Assembly (NCBI GenBank): GCA_053919585.1
Contig: CM132798.1
Reading direction: 5' to 3' (one strand)
Length of the DNA stretch: 64,000 nucleotides
Source of the DNA: Euprymna scolopes
Taxonomy: Eukaryota
Shown: piece after piece, positions 1 to 11,444 of the stretch
Layout of the letters: each line of letters starts with the position of its first letter
Numbering within the stretch: position 1 is the stretch's first letter
Made by a program: the position numbers and the translations under genes
The notes under the pieces: generated by a model
The model's input: only the letters and a program-made list of their open reading frames with translations
Database searches by the model: none
What the model was told of the DNA's origin: nothing

Positions 1-737
1 CTATCAAACAATCATGAGGTTGTTTGCTCTGCAACTGAGAAGGCTAACATGCTTGCCAGTCGGTTTGCCTCCAACTCCACACTAGACCCTGCCAACCACG
101 TCCTCCCTGACTTTCCTTTGCAGACAGACGCCACACTAGACAATCTGAAAATCACCCCTTCTCAGGTGCATGCTATCATAAGAAATCTTGACACTGCAAA
201 AGTATGTGGACCTGATCTCATCCGGCTGTACTATTAAAAAATAGCTCCAGTTCTCTCCAAACTTTACAACAAATAGCTTAATGAATCTTGCTTTCCTGCC
301 TGATGGAAAACTGCTTCTGTAGTACCAGCTTTCAAGAATTCTGGCGAAAAAACTGACCCAGTAAATTATCGACCCATTAGCCTTCTCTCACTTTTCGCCA
401 AAATATTTGATATAATAATTAAACAAGCTCTAGTCCATCACCTTACAGATGCTCTTCTGACTTACCAAAAATATGGATTTAGAAAAGACTGTTCAACAGC
501 AGACATCCTAACTATAATCTATGAACGTACATACCAGTTACTGGACAAAGCAGAGTAGAGTAGAGGTTTAGATATATCTAAGGCTTTTGACAGGGTATGG
601 CATGGACGTCTTCCCAGGAAAATGAGATCATATGGTATCACTGGAAGAATACATGAAATAATTAAATCCTTCTTAGATAAGAGAAAAATCCAGGTTGTCC
701 TCGACAGTCGTACATCTAAACAATACTGACGTTAAAT
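1..737 (+). mobile_element. CR1/Zenon-like LINE family A, degraded RT N-terminal part (continues at 1773)
   Basis: Translates in pieces to RT motifs (KxCGPDLI, NYRPISLL, YGFR, LDISKAFDRVWH) with stops; collinear with family A copies at 36372-38209 and 48252-51410. Confidence 0.9.
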
Positions 738-1772
738 TTGAACTCAACCTCAGATCAAATGTCTGAAACTCAAATCCAAGTGTTCTCTTCTCTCTGCACT
801 TTCACCATTGGCGCCCAAAATAAAGAAGACGGCTCGTTTATAAAGAGACCCAACCACATCTCATTTGCATACCCCATCCCCCCTCTCGTCACATCATGTG
901 ATTTTCAGTCCATAAATACCAGGGGGCGGCCATTTTAATTTTTGCTTTTTGTCTTTCCTAACACGAGCCGCACGATGCATGAGGCAAGGTTCTTTACCTT
1001 TAACCACACGCCCCCTTGATCTCTAAGATCAATAATTAGTATCATAGTCCGCCATCCATGCTGGGCGTCTTCTTTCGTAGAAGAGGCTCTTCTTTAGACA
1101 CCTCAACATCAGCATCAACCTCCTCTTCCTCTGATGGCAAGGAGACTCTCCGTATATCTAAAATGTGACGAGGCATTCCGTCAATCGCTACTTTGTTTTT
1201 CGAGAGTACTTCAGTCACTGTACCTTTTCCCCAGCGAGTCGTGCAACGAGAGTTGTGTGGTTTCACCCACATCTCTTCACCAACTGCGATGTCCACTCAG
1301 GCCTGTTCTTCTCTCTGCGTTACATCCAATGGATGTCGCTTTTCATAAGAGAAAAAAGACCGGTGCGGCACTGAATTTCGTCTTGACCAGCCTTCGGCGT
1401 CATATTGTAAAAGAAAAATGCTTCTTGGGGCGAAATCTGGCTTCTTGATGCCACAGCTTTTATAGTGCGATGGTGCCTCTCTATAATTCCATTTCCACTT
1501 GGACGGTATGTAGCTCTAAAATATAATCCCACATTCCACTTCACACATAAGTCTCTAAAAACTTCCGAGCGGAAAGACGTATCATTATCCACCAACACCT
1601 CTTCTACTTGCCCTATTTCCATAAAAACCTCCTCGACAACTTTCATTACCTCTTCTGCTGTTTCATTCTTAATTTTACGCAATATCGTTACTCTCTCAGG
1701 CCCGCAATAAATCATAGTTAGATGCAGTTCATGTTGATAATTTGTGATGATGGCCAATCTCCGCCAATTCTC
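738..1772 (-). mobile_element. Gypsy-like LTR retrotransposon fragment: integrase core/C-terminus, polypurine tract, partial 3' LTR
   Basis: ORF 1320..1757 has integrase motifs (VLVDND..F, YRPSGNGIIERHHRTIK); ORF 1042..1296 resembles the integrase C-terminus of the element at 9753-10200; purine run AAGGGGG followed by TGTGG near 1008 on the - strand. Confidence 0.85.
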
Positions 1773-2790
1773 TAAATGCGGGAGTGCCTCAGGGGTCTAT
1801 CCTGGGGTCTCTGTTATTCCTAATATTCATAAATGACCTCCCTGACAAATTGCCTGTGAGATGGGTATATATGCTGATGACACTACACTTTATAACAGAC
1901 ACGACAGAAAAACAAATGAACACATAACTAATGAAATGGCAGAAGCACTAGAGGATGCCCTCAGATCTGTAGTGGAATGGGGACATAAATGGATGGTCAC
2001 ATTCAATGCTGCCAAGACAAAACTCGTTTCCTTCAATAATTACAAGACACCTTCTCTACCACCGATATCAATGGCCAAATACTCTTTATCTGAAAATACA
2101 TCCTTTAAACTCCTCGGCCTAACGCTCTCAGGAAACATGAGTTGAAACAATTACATCGAGAGTAGCGCAAGGACCGCTGCGAAAAAGGCAGATTTTCTCC
2201 ACCGTGCCAGAAAGGTACTAACGCCGAAAGTATCATGTACCTCTATAAGGCCACCATTCGCCCATGTATGAAGTATTGTTGTCATATTTGGGCTGGCGCA
2301 TCTACCACTAGTCTCTCGCTCCTAGACAAGGTTCAAAAGAGAATCGCCAATCTGATAGGGCCTGAACTGTCATCTAAACTTCAGTCCCTGTCCCATCGAC
2401 GAAATGATGCATCCCTCTGCATTTTCTACAAGTACTTTAACGGTGAATGCTCTTACGAACTGCAAGCACTTGTCCCCCCTCGAGGTAAATACCCCTGACA
2501 AACCCGACAAGCAACTAAATTCTACCTCTTCACAGTAGAGATCCCTAGATGTAAGAGAGCCGTCTACTCCAGTAGTTACTTCCTCAGCACAGCCCAACTT
2601 TAGAATTCCTTTCCAGGTCCTTGCTTCCCCAACTGTACTGACATGCAGAAGTTCAAGTGTAATTGAACCGACATCTTTCTGCCCAACTCCCTACACAGTA
2701 CCTCTGATGCGCATGTCACTTATAGTATCCCCCTACAAAAAAGTGGAAATATGCTGTGTTTGGTGTGAAAATGTAATAAAAAACAAAAAA
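1773..2790 (+). mobile_element. CR1/Zenon-like LINE family A, RT core to 3' end
   Basis: GVPQGSILG, YADD (ORF 1861..2145), YKATIRPCMKYCCHIWAGA and HRRNDASLCIFY (ORF 2235..2498); ends GGTGTGAAAATGTAATAAAAAACAAAAAA like other family A copies. Confidence 0.92.
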
Positions 2791-5095
2791 CTAAGACATT
2801 GGAAATCAATGAAAGCCAATTCTTGAAAAATGTGAACGGAGGAAATACGAGAACAGAACGACCAAACCCGACAGAAACAACGCTCTACTCAAATAAAATA
2901 TAGGAAGAACGACGGGATCACAATAGAAATATTGAATTGCCGATAGACATGAAAGAAGAATTACAACACATCAAATACAGAACATTGAATGAAATCAGCA
3001 AGGACACCCATAAGAAAACCATAAGAAATTGACAGGGCACAACAGGAGACATGCGTACTGGTTTAAAAAAATAACAATATTACACGAAAATCTAATCTAA
3101 AATCTGAGAAATTTTATACAGTTAGCAAACGTGCCAGATTGGATGAAAAAAGGTAGAACTACACTGATTCAGAAAAACACAGAGAACAGAAACGTCCCGA
3201 GAAACTAGATGCCCATGACATGTTGAAAATACTAACAGTACAGCTGAGGGAACAAATCTACCACTCCCTGAACAATCGTGGATTTTTCCCAAAAGAACGG
3301 AAAGGGTGCAAAAATGAAAATAGAAGAACACATGATCTGCTTTATAAAGCTCCAAACATCTTGGAGGAGGTAAACAGGAGAAAGAAATAAGCTATGGCAA
3401 GGATCTACTACAAAAAAAAAACCTATGGCAGGATCCTCCAAGTACGGATAATATAATGCGTAAAAAAGTATGAAATACCAAGCATGATCACCAATGTGAT
3501 TGAAAATGCAATAACAACATGGAGTCTGGAACTGACAACTGATGGACAACACATAATAGAAATTAGCATACAAAGAAGCATATTCAACATTACTGTTTAT
3601 TACATCCATGGTGACCCTGAACAGTATACCGAGAAAGTGTATAGCCAGATACATGTTCTTTAATACAAAGGTAAAATGGACCACCTGATGTAAATGGAAG
3701 ATCTGAAACTTTTTGCAAGGAATGAAAAGAAACTAGGTACACTAATAACAACTACCAGGATCTGCAGCCAGGATATCCAAATAGAGTTTGGAATAGAAAA
3801 GTGCGCATTACTAATCATAAGAAAAGGGAAACAGTAGCACGGAATTACCCAACCAAACGGAGATTGAGGCACTAGGGGAACAAGACACATATAAATACGT
3901 GGGAATTCTGAAAGCAGACACCATAAAAAGCAACATAAATTAAAGAGAGTATTAGAAAGCAAAACCTCAGGAGAACAAGAAAACTCCTGGAAACAAAATT
4001 ATATAGCAGAAACCTTAAAAAAGGTATAAACACATGAGCAGTATAACTAGTGAGATATTCTGGGAAGTGCGTAGGGTGAACTAAATAAGAACTGCGACAG
4101 CTCGATCAGAAGACCAGGAAACACATTACCATGCACAGTGCACTGCACCCAAAGTACGATGTTGAGAGAATCTTCGTTAAAAGAAAAGACAGCGAGAGAG
4201 GATTGGTTTGTGAGAATGACATAAAAAAGAACTAAAAAATACATAATGCAAAATATTGGAAGGATACTTATGGCTGCAAGGGAGACTGAAAAAATCAACA
4301 AAACAGAAAAGAGCGGGACAAAGGATAAACAAAGAAAACGAGACGAAAAGTAACGGAATATTTATGAGAATGACAAAAGATGAAAATGCCGAAAATACAT
4401 GGACACGAAAAGGACAGGTACATCGAAAAACTGAATCCCTTATAACTGCAGAACAAGATAACTCGATAAGAACAAATCACATCAAAGCAAACATCGATAA
4501 AACACAAGAAAACAGCAAATGGAGACTCTGCAGACAAAGAGACAAAACGGTAAACCATATAGTAAGAGAGTACAGAAAACTGACGCAAAATGGAATACAA
4601 AAACAGTCACGACCAAGTGCGAAAGGCAGTACACCGGGTATTATGCAAACAATTACATCACGAATGAACAGACAAATGGTATAAGCATAAGCCAGCAATA
4701 ATGATTCAAAATGACAATCACAAACTCCTATGGAACATGGACATACACACAGATTAACCCATCTAATCAAGAAGACCGTATGTCGTAATAATTAACAAGA
4801 AAAAAACATCCTGTAAAATCGTAGGCTTTGCTGCCCAGATTACCACAGGGTGAATGTAAAAGAAATGTAAACACGGAGCAAAAAAAACAAAAAAAAACAG
4901 AGTTAGCCAGAGAGCTGCAAGTGATTTTGATGACGGAGAAAATCAATGTAATACGTATGATAGTAGAAGCACGAGGGACAATTCCGAACAAATTTAAAAA
5001 AAAGAATGTGAGAAATTGGAATCAGAAGAATGGATGCAAAGATACAACAAATAATAATAACTAAAATAGCTGAAATATTAAGGAAACCCCTTGAA
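2791..5095 (+). mobile_element. Degraded R4/Dong-like non-LTR retrotransposon (RT plus CCHC/restriction-like endonuclease region)
   Basis: HLM*MEDLKLFA (YMDD-type RT motif, about 3681-3717), TESLITAEQDNSIRTN..KWRLCRQRDKTVNHIV (ORF 4256..4684), IVEARGTIP near the C-terminus; many stops and frameshifts. Confidence 0.75.
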
Positions 5096-5574
5096 TGCGG
5101 CGATTAAACCAGATGAGCCACATGCGCGGGCCAGACAAAATGCATCTAAGGCAAAACGTGAAGAAGCGTTACATAGAACCACGTATATTAAAGCTGCATA
5201 TCTATACGTTCTCATCCCCCCCATCGCTTTCCATTATCCAATTACTGGCTTCCCTAAAAAAAGTGATACATAATAGCCGGGAAAGATGAAAAGGGATGGT
5301 AAAAGCGAGGAGAGAGATCTGACCAGACCTCCGCTGGATAAGTGCGAAGAGAACTGGAGCTTTGGGGAGTCTTATCCCACTAAAATTCCAGTGGAGAGCA
5401 ATAGCCGCTGCCAGTGAGAAATCAATGTTAAAATGCATTTACAATAATGCAAATTCATTTTCAAATGTAATTACAAGAGGTGGAGAGTACTGGAAATCTG
5501 GCGAGACTTGTTATCATTCAGCTTCCAGGGAGGTAACAGGTTGTTTTCAAGCTGAGATCTTTGATGACACGTGT

Positions 5575-5708
5575 NNNNNNNNNNNNNNNNNNNNNNNNNN
5601 NNNNNNNNNNNNNNNNNNNNNNNNNNNNNNNNNNNNNNNNNNNNNNNNNNNNNNNNNNNNNNNNNNNNNNNNNNNNNNNNNNNNNNNNNNNNNNNNNNNN
5701 NNNNNNNN
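5575..5708. other. Assembly gap (N run); others at 25805-25935, 26580-26724, 43829-43956, 47621-47778
   Basis: N bases in the sequence. Confidence 1.
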
Positions 5709-6439
5709 AGGAAAAAAGGGCATAAAATATAAATATAGCTATATATAGATATAGTTAAGCTTACTGTTCTAGCAAGAGTTACAAGCAGAGAAGAATTATA
5801 TTCGAGTCAGTGGTAATTATTTAATATTAAAGTTATTTTATTTACTGTTAAAATCTTATATTGTTATTTTTGTCGGTGGGGGGATAAAAATACAGCTATA
5901 CGTAACTAAATGTCCTATTGACTCAACATGGGAGCGGGATCTATTGTCAAACTTTCTCTTTAAACATCAGTTGAGGAGTCAAATTATAAGTAGATATAAT
6001 TAATAATAATAATAGATGATAATCTATGTGCCCTTTGTAATAGGCACTTGTCTCTAAATGAATATATTGAATCTGTTAAAATCAGTACAGTGAAACGCAA
6101 CCAGCCCCAACGAAAGCTCAATAAAATAACAAGAAGATGCAAATAAGCTTACAGGTAAAATTATCAACTTAATTTGGAGGGAGACGTAGATGCTAAGTAA
6201 ATACAATCCCGTGACAGAACCATAATTTCAGACTTGATTTTTCCATAAACACTGAAATATGAAAATGTCATTAATGAATAATACAAATCGTGGGACCCAA
6301 ACCTTGCTGTCGAGTTTGAGGACCCAGTTGGACTGCTACAAAGGTTGGCCCCTCTTCTAATTTCAGAAACAAAAATACCAAAGAAAGAAAAAAATGTATG
6401 CACCCACTATAAGTTGAGGTAACACAATATTACGGATCA

Positions 6440-7188
6440 AACGCGGAAGAACCAAACAAACTAATATTGATAAAAAAGCCAGAGCAATAACTGTACAACT
6501 AAAGAGACTAATAATAGAATGCTATTCAGACTTCACTCCAATGACCAAGGGCATTTGAAACGGATAAAGAAGTTGTGATTAATGTCCAGTGGCTACCATA
6601 CAGTGGAACAAAACATTGCGGACCAAATGAAACTGATTCTCAAGTATAGTTGCCTGTCAGATTTAGAACTTATAAAAATACAATGAGAGATAGATGATGA
6701 AACAGACCAAGAAATGCCTCTCAGTGAAATTCCAGGCATAGAAACTCTAACAGCAGTAAAAGCTCAAACATAGTAAACAGGAAGACCGAAACCAACGAAA
6801 CTCCACGAGAATCAAACAGCTGAAATAGCAAACATATCACCTCATGAACGGAAGAAAAGACAAAAAACTGCCATCCCTCCTCAGCAACCAAGAACGGAAA
6901 AAACAAAAGCAAAACAAGGTGTATGAGCTGTTCCAATACAGCCAAACAAATAATATTACATATTTTATAAAAATAATTTACAAAGAGGCCAGGACAGTAA
7001 GTATGAAGCTAAAAGAGCGACCAAATTATAATAAAAATGCCGAATGTCTGAAAGATATGAAAGAATCGTAGCAAATGGAAGATTGTACAGAGAATGGAAG
7101 CAATAAGCGAAACTTAAAGAAAATCTATTAAAAATGACTAACCGGGGAACACCAGGTCATGAAAAAATACACGCAGATTGGTTGGAAA
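6440..7188 (+). mobile_element. R4/Dong-like non-LTR element, degraded N-terminal region (resumes at 10556-11160)
   Basis: IECY...EQNIADQMKLILKYSCLSDLELIKI resembles the R4-clade N-terminal motif; later PGHEKIHADWLEK and RTTLVQKD RT-entry motifs. Confidence 0.65.
6870..7188 (+). repeat. 319-bp direct repeat, copy 1 (copy 2 at 10556-10874)
   Basis: GCCATCCCTCCTCAGC...GATTGGTTGGAAA occurs twice; I saw one mismatch (GACCAAAT vs GACCGAAT). Confidence 0.97.
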
Positions 7189-7204
7189 CTTATAGAGTAG
7201 TGAT

Positions 7205-7255
7205 CACGTGAGTTAGAAGAATATGCAAATAGAGGTGAAGATTTTGCGATATAAA
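7205..7255 (+). promoter_or_regulatory. LTR promoter motifs: E-box CACGTG, octamer ATGCAAAT, TATA box
   Basis: CACGTG 7205-7210, ATGCAAAT 7223-7230, TATAAA 7250-7255 upstream of gag; same order in the related LTR at 837-900 (- strand). Confidence 0.6.
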
Positions 7256-7465
7256 AAGCCTGTGTTGTTAAGAGGAGGGGCAGACTGTTGGCAGAAGTCA
7301 GTGCTGTCAGACGTGCTTTAGAGTTTTGTTATTATATGCTGTGTTCGATTGTTGGGAGAGAGAAAAGAGAAGAGGAGGAACCAAGAAGACATTCTGCAGA
7401 TACTTGACTTTGTGTTGGTTTTACAAAGATAAGCTATTTCGGCGCTTGGTGTGCGGTTACTAACA

Positions 7466-8224
7466 ATGGACAGATTCGACATTCGCTTAATACCCGAGTT
7501 CGACGGATCTACCACTGGACCGGCTGTCGTTGAATGGATTGAAAAGGCAGAGAAAATCTGTAAACTGTGCAAAATTAAAGAACCAGCCACAGTTATCCCT
7601 TTGAGGCTAACCGGAGGGGCCTATGCAGTCTACCAACAACTCGGGGATGAACCAGACTGGGATGAAATCAAGCAGAGCCTGTATACAGCGTTTGGTACAG
7701 ATCCATTTGTTGCGTGGCAACAGTTCACGAGCCGGACACTTCAACCCAAGGAAACAGTCGACGTGTACCTAGCCGACCTGCGAAAATTATCTGTACCGTT
7801 TGGTGGGGTCAACGATAAAATATTAAGCTGTGCTTTTTTGGTAGGCCTACCCGAGGAGGTCAGTAAACTGTTGCGGGCATCATCAAGAATCGATGAATTG
7901 TCAACTGATGAGTTATTGGCCCGAGCTCGAAACATCTGTAAGGAACAGGAACCAATTGCAGCAGCAGCTCGTTTTCGACATGGAGGCAATGTGGACTCTC
8001 TTCCAGATAGTAATAAGCATGCCACCCCAGTGTGCTATAAATGTGGGGAGGCCAATCATTTTGCTAAAGAGTGCCGGAGTGATAGGAGAGGTGTATATCC
8101 ACAATCAAAGAGACCAGTGCAATGCTATCGCTGCAATAAGTTTGGGCACATATCTCGCAACTGTTCGGGAAACGAAGTTGGGGGCAAGGTACTATCGCTA
8201 CCCTTGCCCCCTGCCAACCAATAA
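7466..8224 (+). CDS. gag: Gag polyprotein (intact ORF)
   Basis: ATG at 7466 within ORF 7451..8224; CYKCGEANHFAKEC and CYRCNKFGHISRNC zinc knuckles. Confidence 0.9.
   Translation: MDRFDIRLIPEFDGSTTGPAVVEWIEKAEKICKLCKIKEPATVIPLRLTGGAYAVYQQLGDEPDWDEIKQSLYTAFGTDPFVAWQQFTSRTLQPKETVDVYLADLRKLSVPFGGVNDKILSCAFLVGLPEEVSKLLRASSRIDELSTDELLARARNICKEQEPIAAAARFRHGGNVDSLPDSNKHATPVCYKCGEANHFAKECRSDRRGVYPQSKRPVQCYRCNKFGHISRNCSGNEVGGKVLSLPLPPANQ
8167..8211 (+). promoter_or_regulatory. -1 programmed ribosomal frameshift signal (gag to pol)
   Basis: G GGA AAC heptamer in gag phase, 6-nt spacer, then 10-bp stem GGGGGCAAGG(8180-8189)/CCTTGCCCCC(8202-8211); the -1 frame is open into the protease ORF. Confidence 0.85.
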
Positions 8225-10200
8225 ACACAGGATTGCCTGTCATTAGCGTTAAACTTGATGATGTGCAGTGTTCAGCACTTATAGACACGGGGTGTTCCCG
8301 GTCTATAGTTAGTGCCCATTGCTGTCCGGTGTGGCGGAGGAACCCAGTTGGCGTTATGACCATCAATGGCTTATCACGGGTATGTTGTGGTGAAGGGACA
8401 GTCACAATCTGCACTGAGAAGGGTGACACAGCTAAAGTTGACGTTCTGGTGATGCAGGAGAAACCCCTTGGCTACGACATGTTGCCTGGAATTGATGCAA
8501 TACAAGCACTAGGAGGCGTTACAATCACAGCAGCTAGAGGTATCAGGCTTGGAGAAGGGAAAGGCGTCTGTGCAGCCATGTCGATTGAAGAAAAGGACTT
8601 CTGTGCTACATTTGATGACAACGAAAGGGTGTGGACTGCAAAGTGGAAATGGGCCATGGGCCAGGAACCAGATCGGCTGTGCAACACGATTCCAGAGTAT
8701 GCAGTTTCTACCAAGAATAGGGCCGCATATGAAGAAGACCTTCAGATGTGGATTGACAACGGTTGGTTAATACCATACCCACAGGAACGTCTGGGACGAT
8801 GTTGCGTATGATGATTCTCTCCAACAAATGATGGCTGAAATGTTGTCCAGAGTGCATAGGAATGACCCTGCCCGGGGTGAGTGGCAAGTGTCTGGAAACG
8901 AACTAAATTCATGGGTTGACGCAAGTTCGTTGGCTACAGGTGTCGTGTTGGAGCAACTAGGTGTTGTTGTGGAAGATGCATGCTGGCTTCGTCCGAAAAA
9001 TGATGCCCAACATATAAATTTGGCAGAACTTGATGCCACGTTAAAAGGTCTTAATCTCGCATTGCAATGGCAGACTAATGTTGTGCATCTCCACACTGAC
9101 TCATTGTGTGTTTACCATTGGTTAACCGACACCTTGACTGGAAAGGCTCGAGTTAAGACTAGAGCTGCAAGTGAAATGCTAGTACGAAGGAGACTAGCAA
9201 TAATTAAGCGTCTAGTTGACGAATACAGCTTGCAGGTAGACATTACGTTAGTCTCGTCGATGCAGAATTTGGCTGATAGCTTAACTCGAGTACCAAAGAG
9301 GTGGATCGATGCAATGAGGCAGGGATCCGATCTTCAACAACAAACATGCGCGACTGTAACGGATCAATTAACACCTGACCAGATCCGTATGATACACCAG
9401 CAGATTGGACATCCTGGAATTCAGAGGACTGCATATTTTGTCCGAAGAGTATGCCCTGCAACTACAAAAGCATCAGTGAAAGCAGCCATACGTTCGTGTG
9501 AAGAGTGTCAGAGAATTGATCCGGCACCATCCCAATGGCAAAAAGGGAAGCTCGAGGTGGAGGGCAACTGGCAGCGAGTAGGGATGGACATAACACATTA
9601 TGGGGGCAAACATTTTTTGACCATGACGGATTGTGGCCCGACGCGTTTCACAATATGACGCCTGTTGACACGACAGGATGCAGCCAGCATTATACAACAG
9701 TTGAGAGCCGTCTTTTTTGAACGTGGTGCCCCGATTGAAATTCTGACTGATAATGCCGCCACATTTCGATGTCAAGAATTTCAGAAATTCGTGGGGGATT
9801 AAAATGCATTATCGGTGTGCATATTATCCCGAGGGTAATGGTATAGCAGAACGGTGTCACCGCACCATCAAAAGAATTGCAGCCAGGACGCAGTGCTCTA
9901 TTCCAGAAGCTGTGTACTGGTATAATATAACACCCAAGGGCAATGCAACACCAGCAACTGCACCAGCCAATGGGATTTACCAATATGAACAGCGTGTGAA
10001 AGGAGTTGATGCCATACCATCAGTGGTGAGTGTTGTCAATACACCATATCAGGTGGGAGACCTTGTTTGGATAAAACCCCCAAATGCTGGGTGCACTACG
10101 AAATTTTTCCGGGGAAAAATAGATGAAATCATAAGTCCTCAGACCATGTTGATTGGTGGCATACCACGTCACGTAAAAGATATCCGCCCTTGTTATACCT
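8170..10200 (+). pseudogene. pol: pol pseudogene: protease, RT deleted at about 8791-8796, RNase H, integrase with stop and frameshift
   Basis: ORFs 8233..8811, 8828..9658 and 9753..; TGA at 9656-9658 where Trp is expected; frameshift near 9770. Confidence 0.88.
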
Positions 10201-10345
10201 CTTCTGATTCTGAGGACGATGAGGAGGATCACACACCGTTCAGAGATGATCCTGATCACTTACTGCCCCTTCAGGTGAGCATAGAAACACCACCAACAGA
10301 ACCAGATGAGGGAATGATGGGACATACTGATGACAATAGTGAGGA

Positions 10346-10555
10346 GAGCGATGGACACAAGGAAGTAATGCCTCATCGAAATACTCGACAGAGACGAATA
10401 GTGCCCACCCCCCGTGATTGCGAAACCCAGCGAGAAGGGATGATGGAGCATACCGAGGAGATGACGCCTCCGATTCTTCGCAATCACGGGGGGTGGGCAG
10501 TATTCGTCTCTGTCGAGTATTTCGATGAGGCATTACTTCCTTGTGTCCATCGCTC
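10346..10555. repeat. 79-bp inverted repeat (10346-10424 / 10477-10555)
   Basis: GAGCGATGGACACAAGG...GATTGCGAA and its reverse complement, one mismatch seen, 52-bp spacer. Confidence 0.95.
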
Positions 10556-10874
10556 GCCATCCCTCCTCAGCAACCAAGAACGGAAAAAACAAAAGCAAAA
10601 CAAGGTGTATGAGCTGTTCCAATACAGCCAAACAAATAATATTACATATTTTATAAAAATAATTTACAAAGAGGCCAGGACAGTAAGTATGAAGCTAAAA
10701 GAGCGACCGAATTATAATAAAAATGCCGAATGTCTGAAAGATATGAAAGAATCGTAGCAAATGGAAGATTGTACAGAGAATGGAAGCAATAAGCGAAACT
10801 TAAAGAAAATCTATTAAAAATGACTAACCGGGGAACACCAGGTCATGAAAAAATACACGCAGATTGGTTGGAAA
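10556..10874 (+). repeat. 319-bp direct repeat, copy 2
   Basis: Matches 6870-7188 and runs on into the continuing R4-like sequence. Confidence 0.97.
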
Positions 10875-11444
10875 AATTCACATAACTACATAAAATGCTA
10901 ATTCATAACCTGACAATATGCATAAATAAAGAAAATTGCCAGAATAGATAATTAAAATTAGAACCACACTGGTGCAAAAAGACACAGCGAAAGTTAACAA
11001 TTAATTAAATTTTCATTCCCTCAATAATTACGGATTACCCCGTGAGCATTATAAAATATAAAAAAGGAACACATGAGGTACTATATATAAACCACAAAGT
11101 CCTTAAGTGGGTAAGAAGCAGAAAACATTACATAGACATGACATAGGTCGACTACTATAATACGCACAGCGTTTGATCAATTATTCGCAAGGAACTAAAC
11201 TCTTGTAAAAGAAATGGTATTTAAAAATTAACAAACAGTAAATTTTATTTGATAAAAAACAGGAAAACTAATATGATTTATTACAATTGAGTTTTTTGAT
11301 TTGTTAATAAGATTCTGTTCACAATTTGAATCATTGTTTTATTTAAATCCGATCACAGCTTAGCTTTGCCCGTTGGTTATCGTACGCTGTCGGTATCACC
11401 TGCACTACGTGAAGAAATCCTGACCAAATGGTGCACAAGTACCG

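Larger units (their letters stand above)
7189..10555 (+). mobile_element. Gypsy-like LTR retrotransposon, both ends truncated and RT core deleted
   Basis: Partial 5' LTR, gag with two CCHC knuckles, aspartic protease (ALIDTG), RNase H (WVDAS, INLAELDA, HTDS), integrase HHCC and D,D,E motifs; no YxDD RT motif; no 3' LTR. Confidence 0.95.

Noticed and set aside
5110-5165. CAGATGAGCC...GGCAAAACGT as a decayed hammerhead
   Set aside because: Two core mismatches and no stem I; not distinguishable from chance.
6870-7188. 319-bp repeats as the Gypsy LTRs
   Set aside because: No TG..CA ends or PPT; the sequence is collinear with the surrounding R4-like element, and the real LTR promoter lies inside at 7189-7430.
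7905-7940. CTGATGAG...CTCGAAACATC as a hammerhead
   Set aside because: Stem II does not form in register, stem I is absent, and it lies in intact gag coding sequence.
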